Positions 10,734 to 20,024 of a DNA stretch of 59,599 nucleotides are shown here, one piece after another. Numbering within the stretch: position 1 is the stretch's first letter; every line of letters begins with the position of its first letter. The stretch comes from Pseudobdellovibrionaceae bacterium (GTDB lineage Bacteria; Bdellovibrionota; Bdellovibrionia; Bdellovibrionales; UBA1609), in NCBI GenBank assembly GCA_043720065.1, contig JAYSTF010000130.1, positions 1-59,599 of the forward strand, written 5' to 3'. Below the pieces are notes generated by a model. The model made no database searches. It was not told where the DNA came from and saw only the letters and a list, made by a program, of their open reading frames with translations. The position numbers and the translations under genes are program-made.

Positions 10734-11253
10734 TTTTATCCTTTGTGCCGGCTCCCCATTCGCATATGCCGATGTGTTGGCGGAGCCCGACGCGCTTCTT
10801 AGCGCTAAATTTCCTGGTGCCGAGATTGAAAACGTCAATGTGCTGCTTACTACCAATCAAGCCGAGAAAATAAAAAAGCGCATTGCTCAGTCCTTTGACG
10901 ATCGGGTATTTACCTTTTTCGTTGCTAAAACATCCGGTAAAGAAATCGGATACGCGGGACTCTACACGCGCAAGGTTCGCAGCAAAGACCAAACAGCGCT
11001 TTATTTTATCGATCTAAGTGGTGCGCTTAAAAGCATCGACCTCGTCGCGTTTTACGAGCCCATAGAATATAAACCAAAAGAGAAGTGGCTAAGGAAATTT
11101 AAAGGTAAAAGCGATCCTAACCGACTAAAACTCGGGGGCGAGATTCAAGTGGTGAGCGGCGCTACATTGACCGCCCAGTCCTTCATGTCGGCCGCTAAGC
11201 TCATACTTGCGGTATGGCAAGAGCGGTTTGCATCGGCCGCAAACCCAAAGTAG
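10663..11253 (+). CDS. Extracytoplasmic FMN-binding (flavinylation substrate) protein; start uncertain
   Basis: VVSGATLT flavinylation motif, FYEPIEY; ApbE nearby. Confidence 0.85.
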   Translation: MTRETTRPPVMTIALNWAWVSYFSFILCAGSPFAYADVLAEPDALLSAKFPGAEIENVNVLLTTNQAEKIKKRIAQSFDDRVFTFFVAKTSGKEIGYAGLYTRKVRSKDQTALYFIDLSGALKSIDLVAFYEPIEYKPKEKWLRKFKGKSDPNRLKLGGEIQVVSGATLTAQSFMSAAKLILAVWQERFASAANPK

Positions 11254-11263
11254 GATTTCTCCT

Positions 11264-11746
11264 ATGCACTTTCTCATTCACCGTAATCTGCGAGCAAGCC
11301 CTGTCATTCGCTGGACACTAGCAGCCTATACGTTTGGTTTAGCTCTGTTCTTATCTTTTCGCCCATGGCTTGAAAATTTGAGAACCGGAATTACTCCAGC
11401 TGAGTACTGGAGAGCGGTCCACGGTGATCCGAAAATGTTTGTCCTGCCCACGAGCGCGATTGATTTTGTTAGCCGAATTCACGTGGATCTGTTTATTGAC
11501 AGTTTACTTGCCATCGTTTTGGTTGCGGTACTGATTCGACTTCCAGTGGCGCCGCTCTTTAGGCGGATCACTGCACCGACGCTTCTAATTTTGCCTGTCG
11601 TGCTTACGGTCGCGGCAAGTTTAGTGTTACAGGGTTTTGCGTGGGCCACAATCGTTAGAGTCGCCGCGTTTTGGTTGCTCTGGGCCGCGCACTGCCTTGT
11701 GGCGGGCCGAGTTCTGATTTACTTGTTAAGGCCTGGACAAACATGA
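11264..11746 (+). CDS. Small multi-pass membrane protein
   Basis: About 4 hydrophobic segments, IHVDLF; inside the porin-FMN operon. Confidence 0.65.
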   Translation: MHFLIHRNLRASPVIRWTLAAYTFGLALFLSFRPWLENLRTGITPAEYWRAVHGDPKMFVLPTSAIDFVSRIHVDLFIDSLLAIVLVAVLIRLPVAPLFRRITAPTLLILPVVLTVAASLVLQGFAWATIVRVAAFWLLWAAHCLVAGRVLIYLLRPGQT

Positions 11747-12192
11747 AGCGAGCTCGGGAATTAAGGCATCTTCTCTTGTTTTGGTGCTTACTCGCCACAA
11801 CGCAGATGTTTACAGCACTTTGGCTTTTCTCGCTTAGGTATGGCTGGACCTTGGAGACCATCGCCAGAGGGCATTTCGGCGGTGAAAATCAGGCAGAACT
11901 TGGTTGGACGACATGGGGTGAAATCGCGACCCCACATTTGTTTGCCATCGGTACGTTTTGTTTCGTACTGGCGCATCTTCTCGCGTTCGTTGCGGCCAAG
12001 GGTAAACAAAGTCTGATCATCGCACTAAGTTTAGTTATCAGCGGTCTCGCTCATACTTTGAGCGGCAGCATCGTTTTGCAATTTGGACCGGGCTTCGCTT
12101 GGGTAAAGCTTGGTACGCTCATATGGTTTGAAATCTCTTTCGCACTTGCGGCCTGGCGAATTATTAGTGCGCCGCAACCTCGCGAAATTTAA
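11743..12192 (+). CDS. Small multi-pass membrane protein with TM histidines
   Basis: 4-nt overlap with previous gene; TPHLFAIG..LAHLL. Confidence 0.65.
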   Translation: MKRARELRHLLLFWCLLATTQMFTALWLFSLRYGWTLETIARGHFGGENQAELGWTTWGEIATPHLFAIGTFCFVLAHLLAFVAAKGKQSLIIALSLVISGLAHTLSGSIVLQFGPGFAWVKLGTLIWFEISFALAAWRIISAPQPREI

Positions 12193-13180
12193 AATCGGTT
12201 TCGCTTTCCCATTTTAGATCAGTCACTAATTCCAAAAAGCGCTTGTTGTAAATCACTTCGCCTTTTTGCGTGACGAGAACGTAACCGTAATGAGGATTGC
12301 GCTTTAAAAATTCCAGGGCCTTCGCCTGGGGCATTGTACTCACACCGGTTGCAAGTCCATCAAGGAGCGCATTTCCGCCCTGACTTAAGAGTGAGACGCT
12401 AAGAAAGGTCTGCTCAGGCCTACCGGAATCTGTACTGATTAGATGATGTGTATTTCCGGGCCCCTTGTTTTCATAAACTCCACTTGTAGATATAGCGAGT
12501 TCATTCGTCGCCGCCATGAAGGAGGCGAGCTTTCTGGCACCGTCTTTAGGATGCACGATTGCAGCTTGGCAGGCATGTAAACAACGAATGTCACCGCTCG
12601 CCGCGATCACGGCTTGGTTGACCCCTTCGGCCTGAAGCCGGTTTGCTGCCATATCAACGGCAAATCCTTTTCCAATCCCGCCGAAATCTAATTTCATACC
12701 GGGACTAAGGGTTATCTTTGATCCATCAATTCTTACTTTCCGGTAGCCGATTTTTGTTTTTGCGAACTCAATTTCCTTTCCCGTAGGTTGGCGCACCTGC
12801 TTAGTTCCAAATTTGTAGGTGCCCATTGTTAGTGCGCCGATGGTCGGGTCGAAATGCCCGTTCGTTTGATCAGCTACGTGCAGGGCGAGGACCATGCATT
12901 GCTCGGTAAGCGAAGACATTTCGCCACCACCGTCGCGGTTAAGCCTAGCGACTTCGGAGTCGGTCTTATAACTTGAAAGTAGATCTTCCACTTCGCGAAA
13001 CACACTGAACACAGAATCTGCATGCGCCACTTGCTCATCGATGAGGGAAACAGAAACGAAGGTTCCCATGTGAACCTGAGTTCGATTCACGAAAAACGTT
13101 TTCTCCGTCCGAGGCTTCGTCGACGCGCAGCCTAATAAACAAACTATGTTTATTCCAAGAAGACTCAAAATCAGCTTCAT
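12164..13180 (-). CDS. apbE: FAD:protein FMN transferase lipoprotein
   Basis: Lipobox LLGC, MGT, FDPTIG, DFGGIGKGFAVD, SGD, STSGVYE, HHLI. Confidence 0.95.
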   Translation of the reverse strand: MKLILSLLGINIVCLLGCASTKPRTEKTFFVNRTQVHMGTFVSVSLIDEQVAHADSVFSVFREVEDLLSSYKTDSEVARLNRDGGGEMSSLTEQCMVLALHVADQTNGHFDPTIGALTMGTYKFGTKQVRQPTGKEIEFAKTKIGYRKVRIDGSKITLSPGMKLDFGGIGKGFAVDMAANRLQAEGVNQAVIAASGDIRCLHACQAAIVHPKDGARKLASFMAATNELAISTSGVYENKGPGNTHHLISTDSGRPEQTFLSVSLLSQGGNALLDGLATGVSTMPQAKALEFLKRNPHYGYVLVTQKGEVIYNKRFLELVTDLKWESETDFKFREVAAH

Positions 13181-13190
13181 TTGCCTAACC

Positions 13191-14135
13191 TCAGTGCTTA
13201 GTGGTTTCGTGAAACACTAGCACAGGGCAATGAGCCCGGCGAACGATCTGACGCGCGACGCTTCCCGTAATAATACTTGAGACAGGCCCCGACTGACTAC
13301 AGAGCGCAATAACGTCGATATCTGAATTCTCCGCCATCTGCAGAACCGCATCCCCGACAAGACCCGGCTGATCGATAATTTCAATGCTGGCTTGAACTCC
13401 CGCAGCGAGGGCCTCCTCCTGCCAAACTTGAAGCTGCTGCTTTCTTTCCGTGCTTTCTTTTTCAAAATACTGCGACAGCGTAATCCAGCCACCACCCGCC
13501 ATATAAACGCCGCTTTGAACGATAGGCTCGATCGGATCAGGAAGTTTATGCGCAATGACGAGCTGCGCTCCCCAGCGCTTGCACCGATTAACGAGTTTTA
13601 CAAAAGCTGACTTTGAATTCCCCGATAAATCCGTAGGAAATAAAATGCGGCGAATGGAATCCGGAGGCGTCGTATGGGGATTCACACAGAGCACTGGAAC
13701 CTTACTAAACATTAAAAGCGATTCCGCAAAACTTCCTAGCAAGAAGCGATCTAATCCTTTTCTTGCGTGAGTTTGAACGACGATAAGGCTGCGATGCTGT
13801 TTCTCGGCGTCGAGGGCAAGTTTTTTGACGTCACCGCGCAAAGAGGCCTTTTGGTTTACCAGAATTCTAACTGGCATGATCGTTTCATCGTAATACTCCG
13901 CTAAAACAGTTTCCGCGGCTGTCTCAGCCAAAGGCTTATACTTCTTTACCCAAGGGCCGGAAAATTCGCCAGACCAGTTGAGGCCATCCGGCGAGAGCAC
14001 ATAAACCGGCTCAACCGTTGAGTCTTCAATTTTCGCAATGTAATCAAGAAATCGAGCCCAAGGAGTTAGGTCTGCCGTTGGTTTTGAAAACGGGTCGAAT
14101 GCCCAAGCCACTTTTGCTGTGTCGTTCTTTTCCAT
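13191..14135 (-). CDS. Tandem-domain universal stress protein
   Basis: THARKGLDRFLLGSFAE, ILFPTDLS, GSVARQIVRRAHCPVLV. Confidence 0.9.
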   Translation of the reverse strand: MEKNDTAKVAWAFDPFSKPTADLTPWARFLDYIAKIEDSTVEPVYVLSPDGLNWSGEFSGPWVKKYKPLAETAAETVLAEYYDETIMPVRILVNQKASLRGDVKKLALDAEKQHRSLIVVQTHARKGLDRFLLGSFAESLLMFSKVPVLCVNPHTTPPDSIRRILFPTDLSGNSKSAFVKLVNRCKRWGAQLVIAHKLPDPIEPIVQSGVYMAGGGWITLSQYFEKESTERKQQLQVWQEEALAAGVQASIEIIDQPGLVGDAVLQMAENSDIDVIALCSQSGPVSSIITGSVARQIVRRAHCPVLVFHETTKH

Positions 14136-14211
14136 GCGATGAACCTCCGTCGGCTCAATACTGAGCAATACGCATTCCATCGGTTACTGGGACTCTTTGC
14201 CCCTTATAGAC

Positions 14212-14727
14212 TTAGTTTACACCGCCGCAAGCTCGCGTGGCTTGCCGAACGTCGTCGAGAGTCCTACAACCAAGCTTATTACAATGCGACGTCACGCATG
14301 CCCCCGAGACAGTCCCAGTGCATGCCATATTAACATCTGCTACGTCACTTGCATTTCTGCAACCAATGAAGCCACAGGCAGCAGCCGCACACGAATGATC
14401 ACAAGCACCTTGGCAACTCGCGCCAACCGTTTTGATCGCGGCCATTCCAGCGCAAGCGCGCTCGCCGATGATCCCACAAGAGCTAGATAAACAATTGCCT
14501 GTGGTGTTGTTCATGCAAGCGTCTTCCACATCTTGGACCGCAGCAGCCCATCGGCATGCACCTTTGTCACCGCCAAGTAGCGCGCAACCAGTCGATACGC
14601 AGGTCGGTCCTTCTTCAAGCGAAGTGTCTCGACCGCAGACGAAGCCGTTTGGCGGTGGTCGTTTGGCTAAGGCAAAGGAACTAAACACTGTGCATGAGAC
14701 TAAGACGGCAAGTAACAATGTCTTCAT
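14212..14727 (-). CDS. Secreted cysteine-rich repeat protein
   Basis: Signal peptide MKTLLLAVLV..ALA; 18 Cys in the mature part, four CxxxxCxxxG repeats. Confidence 0.75.
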   Translation of the reverse strand: MKTLLLAVLVSCTVFSSFALAKRPPPNGFVCGRDTSLEEGPTCVSTGCALLGGDKGACRWAAAVQDVEDACMNNTTGNCLSSSCGIIGERACAGMAAIKTVGASCQGACDHSCAAAACGFIGCRNASDVADVNMACTGTVSGACVTSHCNKLGCRTLDDVRQATRACGGVN

Positions 14728-14853
14728 AAATCCCCCCGGATTACAAACGTCATATATTAGAGGACTTGCGGACGCTAGCGCCATTTTACGGCAAAGCCTT
14801 GAACTCTTTTCCTGACTCAAAGCTCCATTAGCCCGTGAACTGCGCCTAAAGCG

Positions 14854-14868
14854 TGGCACCACCATTGC
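14854..14868 (+). promoter_or_regulatory. Sigma54 promoter for the TolQ/TolR motor genes
   Basis: TGGCAC-CACCA-TTGC matches the -24/-12 consensus, 38 bp before the ATG. Confidence 0.75.
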
Positions 14869-14905
14869 CATTAGAGTCCTCCGGACGCATTTGGAGGAAA
14901 TTAAC

Positions 14906-15574
14906 ATGGAACTGATTTTAAAGAGTTTTGCAGAGGGCGGATTTTGGATGTACCCGATTTTGGGAGTTCAGATCGCAGCCGTGGCCATCATTATCGAGCG
15001 TACAGTCGCATTATTCGTAAAGCGCTCAATCTCAACCCGATCTCTAGTGGGGATCTTTGAGGAAGATATCAAAAAGGGCAACCTGAGCACGGTTTTAAGA
15101 AAGGCCGAAAGCCTGCCTTATGATTCAGCCCTGCGCAAAGTCGTCGAAGCTGGAACTACAGCTGCCATCAATATGGGTGGACGAGAAGAAATCCAAGCCA
15201 AAATGGACGAAGTTCTTTACCACGAACAAGGCCGTCTTGAGACTCGAGTTGAATTCCTAAGCATGCTCGGAAACGTAGCAACACTTATGGGACTTCTTGG
15301 AACGATCGTTGGTATGATTCGCTCATTCGCTGCTATCGCGACTGTTGATCAGACGACGAAGGCCACAATGCTGGCGCAAGGTATTTCTGAGGCGATGAAC
15401 GCAACCGCATATGGTTTGATCGTAGCGATCCCAACTCTTGTTATGTACTCAGTTCTTCAGAACCGCGTGCACAAGATTTCGGATGACATGACTAAGTCAG
15501 CGCTTCGTTTGTTTAACCTTCTCGGGTTTCATCACGAGAGCGTACCTACTAAGAAGACTGTATCCGGCAAGTAA
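14906..15574 (+). CDS. MotA/TolQ/ExbB proton channel (AglR-like)
   Basis: LMGLLGTIVGMI, GISEAMNATAYGLIVAIP; followed by two TolR/ExbD genes. Confidence 0.9.
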   Translation: MELILKSFAEGGFWMYPILGVQIAAVAIIIERTVALFVKRSISTRSLVGIFEEDIKKGNLSTVLRKAESLPYDSALRKVVEAGTTAAINMGGREEIQAKMDEVLYHEQGRLETRVEFLSMLGNVATLMGLLGTIVGMIRSFAAIATVDQTTKATMLAQGISEAMNATAYGLIVAIPTLVMYSVLQNRVHKISDDMTKSALRLFNLLGFHHESVPTKKTVSGK

Positions 15575-15576
15575 TA

Positions 15577-15631
15577 TTAGTGCCGCCTAAGCGGCGCTAA
15601 GACATTAGGTTAGTGCCGCCTAAGCGGCACT
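15577..15631. repeat. Two tandem copies of a 22-24-bp palindrome
   Basis: TTAGTGCCGCCTAAGCGGCGCTAA (15577) and TTAGTGCCGCCTAAGCGGCACT (15610). Confidence 0.85.
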
Positions 15632-15653
15632 TTTGGTTTGAAGGGACAAAGCT

Positions 15654-16118
15654 ATGATTCCGCAAAGTAATAAATCAGGGCGCAGAAATTTAAGTTTCGA
15701 ACTAAATCTCGTCCCATTCATCGACGTTCTCTCTACTTGTATCTGCTTTCTCCTCGTTACTGCGGTGTTCATCCAATTGGGCACTGTAAATGTGAAGCAA
15801 GCGATCGGTGACGGAGCGGCAGTGCAAAAGAAAGATCAGCCAGCCATGTGGCTGCGTCTGCATGAAGACGGCGCCATTCAAGTGACGGTAAAAAACGTGA
15901 AGCGATCAAACGCCAGTGAATTCACGATTTCAGCCTCTGGCAGTGAGCCCAATTGGGAGCGCTTCGCGCAGTCGCTTGTTACTGTGAAGCAAAAGTATCC
16001 GACCCTTGTGACCGCACTTGTTATGCCTGCGGCCAAGTCCCGCTATGACGAAGTGATTCAGGCTATGGATTTAATCAAGAAGGGCGAATTCACCCAAGTG
16101 GGAATCGCTCCTCTGTAA
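15654..16118 (+). CDS. ExbD/TolR family protein (AglQ-like)
   Basis: ELNLVPFIDVLSTCICFLL, YDEVIQAMD. Confidence 0.88.
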   Translation: MIPQSNKSGRRNLSFELNLVPFIDVLSTCICFLLVTAVFIQLGTVNVKQAIGDGAAVQKKDQPAMWLRLHEDGAIQVTVKNVKRSNASEFTISASGSEPNWERFAQSLVTVKQKYPTLVTALVMPAAKSRYDEVIQAMDLIKKGEFTQVGIAPL

Positions 16119-16137
16119 AAACGGAGTTTTTTTGAGT

Positions 16138-16635
16138 ATGGGACACACAAGCTTTCTAAAAAATAAAGTACTCTACTCCCCTCTCGCGAGCCAGTCGGCG
16201 CTTCGGCCCCAAGGCCGCCGCGGTCGACCAAGCATGGGCTCTTCCTTGATGCTGACTTCGCTCGTCGACGCCTTTTCGATTCTTGTGATTTTCTTGATGA
16301 TGAACTCATCGACCGACCAGAGCGACTTTCAAGTTGATAAAGGCCTAGTGCTGCCAAAAGCTACTCAAGCCGTAGCAACTTTAAAAACCGCTACAGTTAA
16401 ACTGAATGGCGGAAAATTAAGCGTAAACGATAAGCCTGTAACTTCAGAAGGTTTAGCCGCCGCCCTTAAGGTGGTTCGTGATCAGCTCAAGGCATCTGGC
16501 AGCACAGCTGTTGATAGCTTAGTTGTCATCGCCGACCGCGATCAGGATTTTCTGACGTTGAATCCAATTATCGTTGCAGGTTCACGCGTGGGCTTCAGCG
16601 AATTTAAATTCGCCGTTGAGCGGAACGAAAAGTAG
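16138..16635 (+). CDS. ExbD/TolR family protein (AglS-like)
   Basis: LMLTSLVDAFSILVIFL, VIADRD. Confidence 0.88.
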   Translation: MGHTSFLKNKVLYSPLASQSALRPQGRRGRPSMGSSLMLTSLVDAFSILVIFLMMNSSTDQSDFQVDKGLVLPKATQAVATLKTATVKLNGGKLSVNDKPVTSEGLAAALKVVRDQLKASGSTAVDSLVVIADRDQDFLTLNPIIVAGSRVGFSEFKFAVERNEK

Positions 16636-16690
16636 TCTCGTCTAAATCTGGGTTAGTTACGCGAATTTAAAATCGATATGGGAGCTTAAG

Positions 16691-17179
16691 ATGAGACTTG
16701 TCCTTTTGTTTGTAACACTGATGTCAACTTTCGCCTATGCGGGCGACTTTAACTTCAGCTCAAAGATTGAGCCCAGTTTTCGAATACCCAGCGCAACCGT
16801 GGTTGGACTCACTAACATTACTTATGATGGATCGCCGATTCTTACAATTTCTCCAGATGATAAGTTTAAACTGAATTCCTTAAAGGTGGCGTATGAATCA
16901 GCCCGCAGAAGTGGCGACATCGAAAAGGCACGTACTATAGGCTTAGAGATTGACGCAACAAATCCTGTTGAAAAAAACTTTGGGATTCTCTGTCGAAAAA
17001 TGGGCTTCAAGCAAATCGTCTCTGGTGGGGGCATTTCGATTAACGCGATGAAACTCGGATTACCGGGTCGATTTGCCATGGTTCAAAATGGGGAACTGGT
17101 TGTTACAACAGTAACTCAACAGAACCCTGTAGGCGCGCAGCTTTCAGTCGTTACGGGATTAGCTTGTACCACAAAATAA
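16691..17179 (+). CDS. Secreted hypothetical protein
   Basis: RBS GGGAG, signal peptide ending AYA. Confidence 0.7.
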   Translation: MRLVLLFVTLMSTFAYAGDFNFSSKIEPSFRIPSATVVGLTNITYDGSPILTISPDDKFKLNSLKVAYESARRSGDIEKARTIGLEIDATNPVEKNFGILCRKMGFKQIVSGGGISINAMKLGLPGRFAMVQNGELVVTTVTQQNPVGAQLSVVTGLACTTK

Positions 17180-17498
17180 TGGACAGTCTCGACAGCTGTG
17201 AGAACAAAAATGGTTTTCACGTGTACCGCTTAGTTTGAACATATACCTCCTGAATTGGCAGGCACAAATATTTTTCTTACCTCTAATTTTTATTGACTGA
17301 CTTACGTGCATTCCAATTTGGCCGTTATTTTATTCTATCTTGATTTTTGTTTTGAACTTGGTTTTTTCCCGAAATCGCCAGCCACAATGTCGTTTAAGCT
17401 TAACCTCGAGCCCGTCTATGTCGTGCTTTGCGGCCTATAAAAATCCAAGCTCAAAAATATGTGTTAGGTTTCTTTTAAATCCGCGAAGGAGGAATCTA

Positions 17499-18386
17499 AT
17501 GTCATCAGTGCTTGATAAAAACCAGCTCCAGTTGCATGAGCGCGCGATCCAGTTAAGTCGGGAATTCCGCCGTGTGGAAAGTGAGCTCATATTGATCATT
17601 GGCGAAATCGATCAACAAACGTTTTTCAAACGACTGGGCTATGCTAGTCTGTTTACTTATGCCGTTGGCGCGTTGGGACTAAGTGAGGCTAATGCTTACT
17701 CCTTTATTTCTGTGGCTCGCAAGAGCCGCGAAATTCCGGAACTAAAAACCGCGGTCATTGAACAAAAAATCACAGTTGCCAAGGCTAGTCGAATCGTGGC
17801 CGCGATTACTAAGGAGAATGCGCCCGATTTAGTTAAATTTGCAGAGACGCACACTACCCGCCAAACTGAAATTGAAGTGGCGCGCCTTCAGCCAAGCGCT
17901 GCGGTTTCAGATAGAATTAGGTTTAAGGGAGAGGATCTTGTTCAACTTGAATGCGGGATCACAAATGGCACTCATGAAAAACTTGAACGGGTAAAGTCAA
18001 TTTTAGCGGCTAAGGGTCAGTTTAGCCTGGATAAAGTTCTATCAGAGGTTTTGGACGATTACTTACAACGGCATGATCCAGTTAAAAAGGCTGAGAGAGT
18101 GCTCGCAAAGAAGCCGAAAACTACAAAACTCTGCACGCTCAGAGTTCGGCCTGGTTCAAAACGAATCCCGCTTCCCGCCCGCACCAGACATCAGGTTCAC
18201 GCACGAGATCAAGGTCGCTGCACTCATACTAATGAAAACGGCGAGCGCTGTGGGAATGATCGGTGGATTGAACTTCACCATGTCCAACTCGTAAGCAATG
18301 GGGGTGGCAATGAGGTGGAAAACCTAACGATACTTTGTGGTTTTCATCATGATTTGGTGCACCAGTTGAGTTTGCCGCTGGTTTGA
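17499..18386 (+). CDS. HNH endonuclease with DUF222-like helical N-terminus, copy 1 (295 aa)
   Basis: RBS AGGAGG; LGYASLFTYAVGALGLSE; RDQGRC..C..WIELHH..GGGN..NL..LCGFHH. Confidence 0.9.
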   Translation: MSSVLDKNQLQLHERAIQLSREFRRVESELILIIGEIDQQTFFKRLGYASLFTYAVGALGLSEANAYSFISVARKSREIPELKTAVIEQKITVAKASRIVAAITKENAPDLVKFAETHTTRQTEIEVARLQPSAAVSDRIRFKGEDLVQLECGITNGTHEKLERVKSILAAKGQFSLDKVLSEVLDDYLQRHDPVKKAERVLAKKPKTTKLCTLRVRPGSKRIPLPARTRHQVHARDQGRCTHTNENGERCGNDRWIELHHVQLVSNGGGNEVENLTILCGFHHDLVHQLSLPLV

Positions 18387-18569
18387 GAGGCTGTGTATAG
18401 TCATTGGCAGCGGAACGTTCGTGCCGGACGACTTGGGACAACACCAGCGACGTCGCGGGGGAAACCGGCCTATAAGATTTACTTGTCAGAAGATTGGATG
18501 TCGCTCCCTCTCACCACTTAGAATAATCTTATCAAGACTTATTGAAATTTAAACTTTGGAGCTATCGCT

Positions 18570-18974
18570 ATGAAACTTTCCACTTGGTTCCTGTTCGGCA
18601 TTTCAGCGCCAATCTTATTTAGCACTCAGGCACACTCCGCCGACTGTGAGGCACATGTGAAGCCTGTAGAATCCCCGTCAGAACTGCCCGGCCTTCCTAA
18701 CAGAGGAACGCCAGTGAATCTTAAAAAATTAGGCGATCCATACGAAACTTTTGTTCTAGAAGACTCGCATCCAAGCCTCGCCGGCTATCAAAGCATCGTA
18801 AACATTTATCCGAATGTGAATTTGGTCACCGCTCGGATCGACAATAGCGCTCAAGCGCGACACCTCTCCTTCACGGGCGGGCTAGATGCTACAGGCAAAA
18901 TTACCTTCCGCTTTCAGCTTTCTAAAGATGAATTTCTAGATGTCCGTTGTCAGAAGACAAGTCGATTAAAATAG
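18570..18974 (+). CDS. Secreted hypothetical protein
   Basis: Signal peptide ending AHS, GGAG RBS. Confidence 0.65.
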   Translation: MKLSTWFLFGISAPILFSTQAHSADCEAHVKPVESPSELPGLPNRGTPVNLKKLGDPYETFVLEDSHPSLAGYQSIVNIYPNVNLVTARIDNSAQARHLSFTGGLDATGKITFRFQLSKDEFLDVRCQKTSRLK

Positions 18975-19138
18975 ATATGGCAAATTACGCTAAGTAATTT
19001 TTAGGCCACGCAAGCAATGCTCGCTCATCAGCTGCCTAAAGATCGAACTTACTGTAAACGTTACCAGGATATTATTTGAAGAGTCACAAGTCTTTTAGTT
19101 TGAGTTACGTTAATCACCAACTCAATGAAAGGTCCTTT

Positions 19139-19486
19139 ATGAATAAGTTGAATGTTCTGATGACTGCACTGTTGCTTATGTCAAATCAAAGCACTGCATT
19201 TGCGAAGGCAGATGATGCATCGATTTCAAAATTTATAAGAGGCACCGTGTGTCGGGCGATTGACGCAAAATATCCCAACTCCCTAGTCGGTATCGATGGC
19301 CGTCCAGGCTGGCTTGTATGCCGTGAAGGTGGCGCACGCTTTACTCGCCCAGAACCTCAGGCAGATCCAACCTACCTTGCAATTGCTGCGAATATTAGGG
19401 CGGGGAATCCAATGTCTTGCGTTGCACGTGTTCAGCAGCCATCTCGGGCTAAGACCCCTGGCATTATTGTGGCTTGTTGGCAGTAG
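19139..19486 (+). CDS. Secreted hypothetical protein (4 Cys)
   Basis: Signal peptide ending AFA. Confidence 0.65.
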   Translation: MNKLNVLMTALLLMSNQSTAFAKADDASISKFIRGTVCRAIDAKYPNSLVGIDGRPGWLVCREGGARFTRPEPQADPTYLAIAANIRAGNPMSCVARVQQPSRAKTPGIIVACWQ

Positions 19487-19683
19487 GCCCATGAGAACGC
19501 TTGGCTAAAGCTCTTTTATGGATTCGAAAGCGATCTTTATAAACAACCTTAGAAGCCGACCAGAGCACCCCTACGCTTTAACCAAGCACACGCTCGAATT
19601 CCCGCACAAATCGTAAACGGGGTCATCCTTTTGGTTGCCGGGAATTACCCGCGATGTTCATTGTAGCCTTGGTGTTCGCTGCT

Positions 19684-19910
19684 GAAATTCTGGACGACTA
19701 CTTGAGACGCCATGATCCAGTTAGAAAGGCCGAGCGTTTCCTTGCGAAAAAGCCGAAAACCGAAAGGCTCTGCGCGCTCAGAGTTCGGCCCGGTTCGAAG
19801 CGAACGTCCTTTCCCGCCCGCACCAACCATCAAGTTCATGCCCGAGATCGAGGTCGATGCACTCATACTAATGAAAATGGCGATCGTTGTGAAAATGATC
19901 GATGGATAGA
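19684..19910 (+). pseudogene. Internal fragment of the same HNH endonuclease
   Basis: EILDDYLRRHDPVRKAER...RDRGRCTHTNENGDRCENDRWIE matches both intact copies; both ends missing. Confidence 0.9.
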
Positions 19911-20024
19911 ACCGGCCAAAACCATTCCTTTTTTGTCACTGTATACTTCCTATGCAGCTCTGATCCTGTGTATTGGTTCAGGTGTTGCTTAGGTACCGGC
20001 ACTTCGAATGCAATGGAGTGTAGA

